The notes beneath the pieces are model-generated. The model saw only the letters and a list, made by a program, of their open reading frames with translations, made no database searches and had not been told where the DNA came from. DNA of 64,000 bases, from assembly GCA_023387695.1 (NCBI GenBank), contig JAEWHT010000025.1, positions 17,453 through 81,452 on the forward strand. Direction: 5' to 3'. The position numbers and the translations under genes were made by a program. This DNA is from Pseudomonadota bacterium (lineage in GTDB: Bacteria; Pseudomonadota; Alphaproteobacteria; Rhizobiales; Xanthobacteraceae). Shown in pieces: positions 1 to 8,092 of this stretch; the first letter of the stretch is position 1; each line of letters begins with the position of its first letter.

Positions 1-1
1 T

Positions 2-409
2 CACAACCGGTCGATCGCCTTGCGCGCGCTTACACCGCTGCTCGATTGCGACGCGCAGTTCGTGTCCTTGCAAAAAGGCATTCGCGATGAGGACCGCGCC
101 TTCCTCGGTGAACGCCGTGACATCATCGACCTCACGGAACAGCTGACGGATTTCAGCGACACGGCAGCACTGGTGTCCTGTCTCGATCTGGTGATCTCGG
201 TCGACACCAGCGTCGTTCACCTGACCGGGGCACTCGGCATTCCCGTCTGGACGATGCTGCCCTTCAACCCGGATTGGCGCTGGCTGCTCAATCGTGACGA
301 CAGCCCATGGTATCGATCGATGCGGTTGTTCAGGCAACGCACGCGCGGCGACTGGGCGCGCGTCGTGGACGAAGTTCGCAGCGCTCTCCTAGGCTTCCAC
401 CCGGTATAA
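2..409 (+). CDS. C-terminal fragment of a glycosyltransferase family 9-like (heptosyltransferase-fold, often TPR-fused) protein; 5' end lies outside the window
   Basis: The frame is open from the window edge. The motif run DLVISVDTSVVHLTGALGIPVWTMLPFNPDWRW...PWYRSMRLFRQ is typical of GT9-like C-terminal domains. Confidence 0.6.
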   Translation, partial: HNRSIALRALTPLLDCDAQFVSLQKGIRDEDRAFLGERRDIIDLTEQLTDFSDTAALVSCLDLVISVDTSVVHLTGALGIPVWTMLPFNPDWRWLLNRDDSPWYRSMRLFRQRTRGDWARVVDEVRSALLGFHPV

Positions 410-1186
410 GCGCCATCGCGCGGGAACACCCTTGAGCTGGTGGCTGCCGTGATCCCTGAGGCGAATCTGGGATTGCGCGGCGAGCAGATCCTTCACCGCG
501 CTCGACACCAGGACTTCGCCGGCGCGCGCCTTCGCAGCAACGCGAGTGCCGATGTGGAAGGCAAGACCAACCATCTCGCCGCCGCTCATCGTGTATTCGC
601 CCGTATGCAGGCCGATCCTGATATCGAGACCGAGCGTGCGCACGGCCTTCCGGATCGCGGTCGCGCAGTTGATGCCGGCGGCAGGCAGCTTGAAGGTCGC
701 GAGCACGCCATCGCCGGTCGTCACGACTTCCTTGCCGCGCGACGCCTTCAGTTCCTTGCGAACCGCGGCGTAATAGAGAGCCACCACCTTGGTCCAGCGT
801 GCATCGCCGAGCTTGGCGGCTTTAGCCGTGGAACCGACAATGTCGACGATCAGGATCGTGGCAAGCGTCTGCTTGACGTCGGCACTGCCGTTGGCGGATT
901 TGCGCGGGGTCGCGATGGCGCCGCTCAGCGGCTCGTAGTCATGGCTTCGCCGCCGCGCGATCGCGGATTTGGTGTAGTCCTGCGCGCGCTGCGCGGTGCC
1001 GCAACGAACCGTTTTTTCCTGCGGCAGGTGCGTCCAGTAAACCTTGCGGCTCTTTCCGGCGCCTTGCACCTCGACAGCGCCCCATTTCAGGAACACGGCC
1101 GTACCGACCCGCCGCACGCACCATGCCTTTGACGTATATCCGGAGACGTTCGACTGATGCAGGCCGATGCGAAGAAATTTTGGCAT
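389..1186 (-). CDS. class III adenylate/guanylate cyclase with an N-terminal WGR-like domain
   Basis: The cyclase homology domain has both metal-Asp contexts (ILIVDIVGST, VTTGDGVLATF) and RIGLHTGE. I chose the ATG at 1186 (MPKFLRIGLH) because the 115 codons upstream in the 380-aa ORF are Arg-rich and look non-coding. The N-terminal ~95 aa shows a WGR-like pattern (SKAW..FLKWGAV..DY). Confidence 0.8.
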   Translation of the reverse strand: MPKFLRIGLHQSNVSGYTSKAWCVRRVGTAVFLKWGAVEVQGAGKSRKVYWTHLPQEKTVRCGTAQRAQDYTKSAIARRRSHDYEPLSGAIATPRKSANGSADVKQTLATILIVDIVGSTAKAAKLGDARWTKVVALYYAAVRKELKASRGKEVVTTGDGVLATFKLPAAGINCATAIRKAVRTLGLDIRIGLHTGEYTMSGGEMVGLAFHIGTRVAAKARAGEVLVSSAVKDLLAAQSQIRLRDHGSHQLKGVPARWRLYRVEA

Positions 1187-1284
1187 GACTATCCGGCCGA
1201 TCGCTGAACCATGTGGCGGAGCGAGAGCGTAGTTGGACGTTCGTATCTTGGCAACAGCACGCGAAGATTGAACGATATCGTCGT

Positions 1285-1743
1285 CTACGTTCGGACTGCC
1301 GCGATGAGGTCGATCTCGACGGGCGCACCGCGCGGAAGTTCGGCAACGCCGACCGACGTTCGCGTATGCCGGCCCCTGCGGCCGAGATGCGCGACGAGGA
1401 CTTCCGAGGCGCCGTTCATGACCTGCGACTGTTGCACGAATCCCGGCGCAGAGGCGACATAGCCGGTGATCCGAAGAATCTGCTCGATGCGATCCAATCC
1501 GCCCAGAGATTCGGCGAGTGCGGCCAGGCACAACTCGGCGCAGACAGCGGCCGCGCGCTGCGCCGCCGCGAGATCGACCTCTGCACCGACCTTGCCCTTG
1601 ACCACGAGCTCATCGCCACGACGCGGCAATTGCCCGCTGACATAGGCCACGCCGCCGTGAACGATGACCGACACATAGTCGCCACCCGGCGCGTTCGTCT
1701 TCGGCAAATCGGCGCTCATCGCGGTCTCTTTCAGTGATGTCAT
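1285..1743 (-). CDS. RidA/YjgF/L-PSP family protein
   Basis: Family-typical segments AYVSGQLP and RTSVGVAELPRGAPVEIDLIA. The ATG overlaps the stop of the upstream cyclase gene (ATGA). An alternative ATG lies at 1719. Confidence 0.85.
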   Translation of the reverse strand: MTSLKETAMSADLPKTNAPGGDYVSVIVHGGVAYVSGQLPRRGDELVVKGKVGAEVDLAAAQRAAAVCAELCLAALAESLGGLDRIEQILRITGYVASAPGFVQQSQVMNGASEVLVAHLGRRGRHTRTSVGVAELPRGAPVEIDLIAAVRT

Positions 1744-2957
1744 CCGTGGAACGCAAACAGCTCGATCGGTTCGCTGAAGCCGCGCACGGCGTGCTGGCCG
1801 ACATGCTCGAGCTTGAACTCCCGGTCCACCAGCTCGGCAAAATCGCGCGACAGTAGCACCGGCTTGCCGACCTGCTTGGTGAGTGCCTCAAGCCGGGAAG
1901 CCATGTTGACGGCGGGACCGATCACGGTGAAGTCGAGACGGCTGGTCGAGCCGATATTGCCATACATGACATCGCCGACATGGACGCCGATGCCGTAGTT
2001 CAGCGGCGCACGGCCTGTGCCCTTGTTGCGCTCGTTCAGCACCGCCATGGCCTGGCGAGCCTCGGTGACGGCACGCAAGAGATTGGCGCAGGCGTCGGCC
2101 TGGCTCAGCGGGAAGATTGCTAGCAGGCCGTCGCCGATGAATTTCAGGATCTCGCCGCCATGCCGGGCGATCGGGTCGGACATCGCGTCAAAATAATCGT
2201 TGAGAAGATCGATGACGTCGTCACGCGGCCAGTTGTCGGAGATTTTTGTGAAATCGCGCAAGTCGCAGATCATGATCGCGGCGCGCACGGTCGTTCCGGT
2301 GCCGCGCCGGGTTGCGCCGGCGAGGATCAGCTCGCCCGCGTGCGAGCCGACATAGGTCTCCAGCAGGGTTCGCGCCAGGCGGTTCTTGATCCGGATCTCG
2401 CTGACGAGCGCGAGCACCGGCAGCAATTTCTTCAGCGCGGCGATATGCGCGTCATCGAAGCCGCCGGGACGATCCGTCGAGAAAGTGACGAGATGGCGCT
2501 TGCCGAGGGTGTGGTAGAGCGGCCAGGCCACATAGTCGGTGAGGCCCTTCGCCCGCATCTCGTCATAGAGTGCATGCTTGCGGCCGAGCGCGGGATCCTG
2601 TTCCAAATTCTCGCGGACCTCGGTGGCGCCATCCTGCATTTCGTTGGCCGGACTGCCGATGAATTCGGAGCGTTCCCTGACGTCGAAGTCGACCCGCGCG
2701 ATCTCCGCCTCGTGCATGCCGTCGGCCCACATGAAACGGGCTCCCAGCCATTGCGGATGCTGGATCAGGAGGTGCAGCGTCGACCGCTTGAGCGGGATTC
2801 CAACCTGCTGGATGCGGATGCACATCTCGGCAAAAATATTGTCGATGAAGCGCTCGTTATATGTGCCGTTGGTCAGCCACTCCACGACTCCATCGGACAG
2901 TGCGGGGGCATTGTTGGCTGGCGCGTTCATATCCTGGCTTTCGGCGACGGTCTGCAT
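1740..2957 (-). CDS. class III adenylate/guanylate cyclase with an uncharacterised N-terminal sensor region
   Basis: C-terminal cyclase motifs IMICDLRDFT, KFIGDGLLAIF, GIGVHVGDVMYGNIGS and FTVIGPAVNMASRLE. The start is uncertain (ATG at 2957, 3002 or 2930). Confidence 0.8.
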   Translation of the reverse strand: MQTVAESQDMNAPANNAPALSDGVVEWLTNGTYNERFIDNIFAEMCIRIQQVGIPLKRSTLHLLIQHPQWLGARFMWADGMHEAEIARVDFDVRERSEFIGSPANEMQDGATEVRENLEQDPALGRKHALYDEMRAKGLTDYVAWPLYHTLGKRHLVTFSTDRPGGFDDAHIAALKKLLPVLALVSEIRIKNRLARTLLETYVGSHAGELILAGATRRGTGTTVRAAIMICDLRDFTKISDNWPRDDVIDLLNDYFDAMSDPIARHGGEILKFIGDGLLAIFPLSQADACANLLRAVTEARQAMAVLNERNKGTGRAPLNYGIGVHVGDVMYGNIGSTSRLDFTVIGPAVNMASRLEALTKQVGKPVLLSRDFAELVDREFKLEHVGQHAVRGFSEPIELFAFHG

Positions 2958-3031
2958 CGAGGCAGATATCGTGTTCCGACGCCGCCGCGTCAACCTAGCC
3001 ATTTGCACGGATTGTGCGCATTTGCCACCGT

Positions 3032-3616
3032 CTAGCCGACGAGCCGGATCGACCCCAGCACGGCCATCCCCACGACGAGCGCCAGCGTCGACGCCTGGGT
3101 CAGTTCGACCTTCAACGTGTTTTCGTGCGAAATCGAAAAATCCTGGCCGTCGAGACGGACGCCGCAATCGCCCTTCGCCGCATAGAGCAAATGAGTTCCG
3201 GCGGGCAATGACCGCTCGCCGGGCTCCCTGAGCGCCACCATCTCGATCTCCGTCGCGCCGCGGCGCGCCATCAGATTGACGACCTCGACCGGACCGGCTT
3301 CGAGCTCGGTGACAATCTCCATCTCGCCGGTGAAGCGCACGGTGGTGAACGGCTCACGCTCGTCGAACTCCCTCTCCGGGGTTTTGAGCACGAGCCCTCG
3401 TCCGCCGATCACCATCTGCAGCCGGTCGATGCCGGCCATATGCGAGAACGGCCCGGGCGCCACGATCGGCGTGGACGCGAAGCGCCACAACAGGCTGTCC
3501 CAATCCTTGACCGTCGTACCAGGACGATGCGCGTCCGCGATGTCGGTAAAGACACCGCCACCGTTCTTCCAGGGCGCGCGGGTGTAGTCTTCGGATTTGA
3601 GCAGCGTGGTTTTCAT
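3032..3616 (-). CDS. HutD/Ves family protein
   Basis: N-terminal APWKNGGGVFTDI motif and ~195 aa size typical of HutD. The ATG at 3616 is used; the listed ORF start at 3625 is TTG. Confidence 0.6.
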   Translation of the reverse strand: MKTTLLKSEDYTRAPWKNGGGVFTDIADAHRPGTTVKDWDSLLWRFASTPIVAPGPFSHMAGIDRLQMVIGGRGLVLKTPEREFDEREPFTTVRFTGEMEIVTELEAGPVEVVNLMARRGATEIEMVALREPGERSLPAGTHLLYAAKGDCGVRLDGQDFSISHENTLKVELTQASTLALVVGMAVLGSIRLVG

Positions 3617-3703
3617 GAGTCGCAAGCATCCGGTCGAGGATTACCCGCGCATCATTAGCCGTCTCATGCCTTGCCGTCGAGATGCAGCTTCACGATCCCA
3701 TCA

Positions 3704-4858
3704 TCACTCGCCCTTGCCGCCGTTCAGCTTCGGCAGGGTCTCGACGATCTTCTGCTTGCCGTCGACGATCTCGGCGAGAAAGCTGGCGCGATCGATGTCG
3801 CCGTTCTTGTCCCAGCTTGCTTCCATCAGCATGCCCGGCGCCTTGTCAGGCGTCAGCGTCAGGCCTTTCATCGCCGCGCCAAAGGCCTTGCTGTCGAATT
3901 TGCCGAGCTTTTCGGTGACGTATTTGACGAGATAGACCGCAGTGTAGCCCTTGATGCCGTTGTGATCGGGTAGATATTTGAAGCGCTCGGAAAATTTCTT
4001 CGCGAATTCCTGGATGGCCGGCACCGGAGCATCAGCGGAAAGACCAACATGACCGCGCACGCCGTTGGCGGCCGGACCGGCGAGCTCGACCACCTTCTGG
4101 CTGAGCAGCGTGGTCTCGCCGAACAGCGGCGTCGAGAGACCCTGCCGCTTCGCCTCGATCAGGAAGCGGGCGCTCTCTTCCTCATTGGTGTAAATGAAGG
4201 CGGCATCGGCCTTGGCGCTCTTCAGTTTGATCACGTCCGAGCCGAAATCGACCTGGCCTTGCTCGGTAGAGACATCGGCTACGATCTCGATGTTGCGCGA
4301 CTTCATCTCCTTGACGAAATTGTCGTGACCGCCCTTGCCGAAATCATTGTTGACCCAGAGCACCGCAACGCTCTTCACCTTGAGCTTGTCGTGCAAATAG
4401 TTGGCGATCTTCGGCATCGAGAATTGCTGGCCGAAGGCAGTGCGGAACACCCAGGGGTTACCCTGCGTGGTGATGTCGGCGGCTTCCGCGCCGACGATCT
4501 GCGGGATTTCGGCCTGTTGCGTCAGCGCCATGTTGACCTTGACCGAGCCGGAATAGATCGGCCCGAGCACGACATAGGGATCCTTGTCCAGAACCTTCTG
4601 CACCTGCGCGCGCGAGATGCCGGGATTGCTCTGGGTGTCCAGATGTTCGGTCTGGATCTTGCGGCCCAAAATGCCGCCGGCGGCGTTGATCTCGTCGACC
4701 GCGAGTGCGACGCCATCGCGCCAATTGGTGCCCGAGACCGCGCCGGGACCGGAGAGCTCGATGACATCTGGAATGTAGACGGTGCTCTGCGCTTGGGCCA
4801 CGCCTACGTTGAGCGACGCCGCCAAGGCGATGGCGAGCGGTCCTGCAAGATGCCTCAT
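3704..4858 (-). CDS. periplasmic solute-binding protein, Leu/Ile/Val-type (type I PBP) family; no permease or ATPase genes adjacent
   Basis: Signal peptide ending VGVAQA and a family-typical layout. A strong SD (GGGGAGGA) lies 5 nt upstream of the ATG at 4858. Confidence 0.85.
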   Translation of the reverse strand: MRHLAGPLAIALAASLNVGVAQAQSTVYIPDVIELSGPGAVSGTNWRDGVALAVDEINAAGGILGRKIQTEHLDTQSNPGISRAQVQKVLDKDPYVVLGPIYSGSVKVNMALTQQAEIPQIVGAEAADITTQGNPWVFRTAFGQQFSMPKIANYLHDKLKVKSVAVLWVNNDFGKGGHDNFVKEMKSRNIEIVADVSTEQGQVDFGSDVIKLKSAKADAAFIYTNEEESARFLIEAKRQGLSTPLFGETTLLSQKVVELAGPAANGVRGHVGLSADAPVPAIQEFAKKFSERFKYLPDHNGIKGYTAVYLVKYVTEKLGKFDSKAFGAAMKGLTLTPDKAPGMLMEASWDKNGDIDRASFLAEIVDGKQKIVETLPKLNGGKGE

Positions 4859-4882
4859 GATATCCTCCCCTTCGTTTTGCTT

Positions 4883-5716
4883 TTATGATCCGTCGAAGCC
4901 CAGCAGTTTCGCCGGCGTTCGCCACAACAGGCGATGCTGATCGCCCGGATCCGGAAACAGCTTTGGCAGCACTGCGAGCAGCGGGCCGTAATCGAGCCGT
5001 TCCGCGGCGCGCAGGAACGGATAGTCCGATCCCCAGACGCAGCGATCGAGCGTGAAGGCCTCGACCAACGCGGCGATGAACGGCCAGGTGTCCTCATACG
5101 GATGCGGCTGTTGCGAGAATTTGTAATAGCCGGAGAGTTTGATGTGCGCGTCGCGCTCGCGGCCGATCGCAAGCAGCGCCTGAAAGGCCTTGCCCTTGAT
5201 CCCCTGCCCGACCGACGGCCGGCCGCAATGGTCGAACACCAGGAGGACCTGCGATTTGTCGATCAGCGGCAGCAAGTCGAGCAGCTGATCGTTCTCGACC
5301 TGGATCTGGAGGAATAAGCCGAGGCTCGTCAGCTTCTCCAGCAGCGGCGCTGTCTTGATATAATAATCTGCACCGTGGAACGGCACGTTGAAGGCGACGC
5401 CGATCACGCCGGCGGCCTTCAGACGCTCGAGCTCGCGGATGTCGACGTCGTTCTCCACAACGGCGACACCCCTGAAGCGACCGCCGCCCTGCCTCAGTGT
5501 GTCGAGCAGGATGCTGCTGTCGCTGCCATAGCCGGTGTTGGTGGCAACGACGAGCGCATGCTTCACGTCGAACGCGTCGAACACGCGGATCAGCTGCGCG
5601 ACTGGCGCGATCTCCTGCCCGCTCGGCCGGTACGGCGTATCGGCGCCATAGGGAAATCGGACGGGATCGATCGCGTGGATGTGGCAGTCGATCTTGGGGC
5701 CCGCCGGCAATGTCAT
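4883..5716 (-). CDS. metal-dependent hydrolase, amidohydrolase_2 (LigI/2-pyrone-4,6-dicarboxylate lactonase-like) family
   Basis: N-terminal IDCHIHAIDP (HxH), VFDHCGRP and WGSDYPF motifs. Confidence 0.8.
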   Translation of the reverse strand: MTLPAGPKIDCHIHAIDPVRFPYGADTPYRPSGQEIAPVAQLIRVFDAFDVKHALVVATNTGYGSDSSILLDTLRQGGGRFRGVAVVENDVDIRELERLKAAGVIGVAFNVPFHGADYYIKTAPLLEKLTSLGLFLQIQVENDQLLDLLPLIDKSQVLLVFDHCGRPSVGQGIKGKAFQALLAIGRERDAHIKLSGYYKFSQQPHPYEDTWPFIAALVEAFTLDRCVWGSDYPFLRAAERLDYGPLLAVLPKLFPDPGDQHRLLWRTPAKLLGFDGS

Positions 5717-5738
5717 GGCGAAATGCTCCCGGCGCGGT

Positions 5739-6581
5739 TCAGAACGTGGCTTCGATGGCCTTGATCAGTTCGGGTGTCACGTCAGGCATCACACCGAACC
5801 AGGCCTTGAAGGCGAGCCGCGCCTGGTTGAGCAGCAGGCCGAGGCCATTCACGGTGACGCAGCCGCGCGCGCGGGCATCAGCCAGGAACGGCGTCTCCAG
5901 CGGCGTGTAGATGAGATCAGCAGCGAGCGTCGTGGGCTTCAATCGCGAGAGGTCAATTTCGAGCGCGCTCTTGCCGACCATGCCGCGATCGGTGCAGTTG
6001 ACGAGCAGCGCGACATCGCCAAGGGCTGCGGCGCGATCATCCCATGCGACGGTACTGACAGCGGAACCAAATTCCTTCGCAATCGCCTGCGCCTTCTCGG
6101 CCGTGCGATTGGCGATGCGAATTTCACTTGCGCCGTTCTCGAGCAGCGCCACGACAACCGCGCGCGAGGCGCCGCCGGCGCCCAGCAGCAGGATTGGACC
6201 CGCATCGCCGCGCCAGCCGGACTTGGCATCGCGCAGGCTTTGCACAAAGCCGTTGCCGTCATTGTTGAAGCCGGACAGCGTGCCGTCCTGTTCGACCACG
6301 ATGGTGTTGACGGCGCCGATGCGCTTGGCGGTCTCGTTGACGCGGTCGAGCATCGCCATCGCCGTCTGCTTGTGCGGCATGGTAACGTTGCAGCCGCGGA
6401 ATCCGAGCGCGATCAGCCCGTCCAGTGCATCCTCAAGCCGCTCCGGCTTCACGGCGAGCGGCACATAGGAACCGCGGATGCCATGCGCCTTCAGCCAGTA
6501 ATTGTGAATGACAGGCGAGCGCGAATGCGCGACCGGCATGCCGATGATCCCCGCCAGCCCAAACCCATCCGCCTGCGACAT
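5739..6581 (-). CDS. aroE: shikimate (or quinate/shikimate) dehydrogenase
   Basis: GIIGMPVAHSRSPVIHN, CNVTMPHKQ and LLLGAGGASRAV motifs. Confidence 0.85.
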   Translation of the reverse strand: MSQADGFGLAGIIGMPVAHSRSPVIHNYWLKAHGIRGSYVPLAVKPERLEDALDGLIALGFRGCNVTMPHKQTAMAMLDRVNETAKRIGAVNTIVVEQDGTLSGFNNDGNGFVQSLRDAKSGWRGDAGPILLLGAGGASRAVVVALLENGASEIRIANRTAEKAQAIAKEFGSAVSTVAWDDRAAALGDVALLVNCTDRGMVGKSALEIDLSRLKPTTLAADLIYTPLETPFLADARARGCVTVNGLGLLLNQARLAFKAWFGVMPDVTPELIKAIEATF

Positions 6582-6709
6582 GCCGCGCTTCCCGTCCCTG
6601 ATAACGCCATTCGGCGCCCGACCATGTTATTTGGTCAATTGTACAAGATGATTAGAGGGAATGGCTAGGCGGCGCAATGCGAATTTGGGGAGCCTGCGCC
6701 CCCCCCCGC

Positions 6710-7261
6710 CTACTTCCTGTTGCCGTCAAAGACCTTCATCCCGGCCGCAGGATCGAGATCGGTTTCGGTAGCTTCGGTGACGCGCGCCATCATCATGTAG
6801 AAGCCGAGCGCGACGATGGATTCGACGATCTCCTGGGCGCTGAAATGCGTTCGCGCGGCAGCGAAGACCGCTTCGGGAACGCGGACATTCTCGACCACTT
6901 CGCGGCCGAACTTCAGCAACGCGCGTTCGGCGTCGCTGAACGCGGCGGCATCGTAGTCACTGCGCTCGACCGCATCGACCTGGGCTTGCGTGCAGCCGAC
7001 GCCAAGCGCGATCGGGACATGCTGGCGCCACTCATAAGCGCCGCCTTCTAACTGCGCAGCCTGCAGGATCAGAAGCTCGCGGTTGACCGCACTCAGCTTC
7101 TGCTTGTGCAGGATCGAATTGCCGAGCCGCATCGCCGGGATCATGTTGGCCTCGGCATGGGCCATCATGCGGAAGATGTTGAGCTTGACCGGCATGCGGT
7201 CGAACGAGGTGCGGATATCGCCGCTCGTCGTCTCCGGATCGATCAGGGGCAGCCTGGCCAC
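6710..7261 (-). CDS. carboxymuconolactone decarboxylase (AhpD-like) family protein
   Basis: CMD-family helical pattern. The GTG at 7261 is preceded by GGAGAG at proper spacing. The longer ORF to 7312 lacks an SD. Confidence 0.7.
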   Translation of the reverse strand: MARLPLIDPETTSGDIRTSFDRMPVKLNIFRMMAHAEANMIPAMRLGNSILHKQKLSAVNRELLILQAAQLEGGAYEWRQHVPIALGVGCTQAQVDAVERSDYDAAAFSDAERALLKFGREVVENVRVPEAVFAAARTHFSAQEIVESIVALGFYMMMARVTEATETDLDPAAGMKVFDGNRK

Positions 7262-7440
7262 GGTACTCTCCTTTGCTTTTTCTCTTCTTGTTGTTACCGC
7301 TATCTGCCGCAATCAGCGACAATTTGTTCCCGGCGACGTGCCGCGCGATATCAATGCGCGCAGCATCGCGGCCTGGAAACAGGTTGCCAAGGATGCCGGG
7401 ATCGAGGTCCAATGAAAAGAACGATAACGGGAGCGCGGGC

Positions 7441-7980
7441 ATGAGCCGCATCTTCGGCGCAGTGCGCCAGAACGGATATGTGGTGCGGGATATCCAGGCC
7501 GCGATGACGCACTGGATCGAGGTGATGGGCGTCGGCCCCTGGTACTACATGGACAGCGTCAAGACCGACTGGTTTCGTCATCGCGGCCAGGATTCCGCGG
7601 TCGAGATGAGCATTGCGCTTGCGAACTCAGGCGATCTCCAGATCGAGCTGATCCAGCAGCGCAACGACGCGCCTTCGCTGTACAAGGAGTTTCTGGACGC
7701 CGGCCATGAAGGCCTGCAGCACATGTCCTACTGGAGCCACGACTACCAAACGCTCTACGACAAGGCGATCGGGCTCGGTTACAAGGTCGGCCACGAAGGC
7801 CAGATCGGCGGTGACAAGGGCCGCTTTGCCTATTTCGACACGCAGACCCATCCGGGCACGATCATCGAAATCTCCGACATCAGCGGCACCAAGGGGCCGT
7901 TCTTCGAAAAGGTGCGGCAAGCGGCTTTGAGCTGGGACGGCACGCGGCCGATCCGCGAGGTCGGTGGCGCGAAGTCGTAG
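7441..7980 (+). CDS. VOC/glyoxalase-bleomycin resistance family protein
   Basis: Tandem beta-alpha-beta-beta-beta VOC-type pattern (NGYVVRDIQAAMTHW..; GLQHMSYWS..). The ATG at 7441 has GGGAGC upstream. Confidence 0.7.
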   Translation: MSRIFGAVRQNGYVVRDIQAAMTHWIEVMGVGPWYYMDSVKTDWFRHRGQDSAVEMSIALANSGDLQIELIQQRNDAPSLYKEFLDAGHEGLQHMSYWSHDYQTLYDKAIGLGYKVGHEGQIGGDKGRFAYFDTQTHPGTIIEISDISGTKGPFFEKVRQAALSWDGTRPIREVGGAKS

Positions 7981-8092
7981 TTCCGCGACCGCCGCGACGA
8001 GGAGAAGCGCCGGCCAGTACCAAATAGAATTTGTATTGCGGCCCCGGTCGGATATTGTTTCCGACATTGAATATCCCGGCTCGGGGGCCGTG

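Noticed and set aside
5679-6668. 329-aa plus-strand ORF opposite aroE. Similar long shadow ORFs lie at 20042-20905, 21279-22268, 36648-37637, 11721-12884, 43707-45080, 48967-50256, 24106-24846, 25504-26940, 17212-18030, 33632-34408 and 34138-35067.
   Set aside because: Each lies antisense to a gene with clear family motifs and has Arg/Ala/Gly-dominated low-information translations. I treat them as GC-driven open frames.
6699-6707. Run of nine C residues just downstream of the CMD-family gene stop
   Set aside because: It is intergenic and not within a CDS or an obvious promoter spacer. It may be part of a weak GGGG...CCCC hairpin. Nothing suggests phase variation.
7412-7444. 10-codon mini-ORF (MKRTITGARA) whose stop overlaps the VOC gene ATG
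   Set aside because: It has a plausible GAGG upstream, but it is too short to distinguish from chance and has no attenuator-like structure around it.
7964-8092. Upstream extensions of the two caspase ORFs (7964-8092 and 53287-53454) and of several other ORFs (389-1531, 45019-46014, 57265-58422, 60170-60790, 60700-62163)
   Set aside because: The extensions overlap neighbouring genes or are Arg-rich. Internal ATG/GTG codons give proper signal peptides or family N-termini, several with SD sequences.
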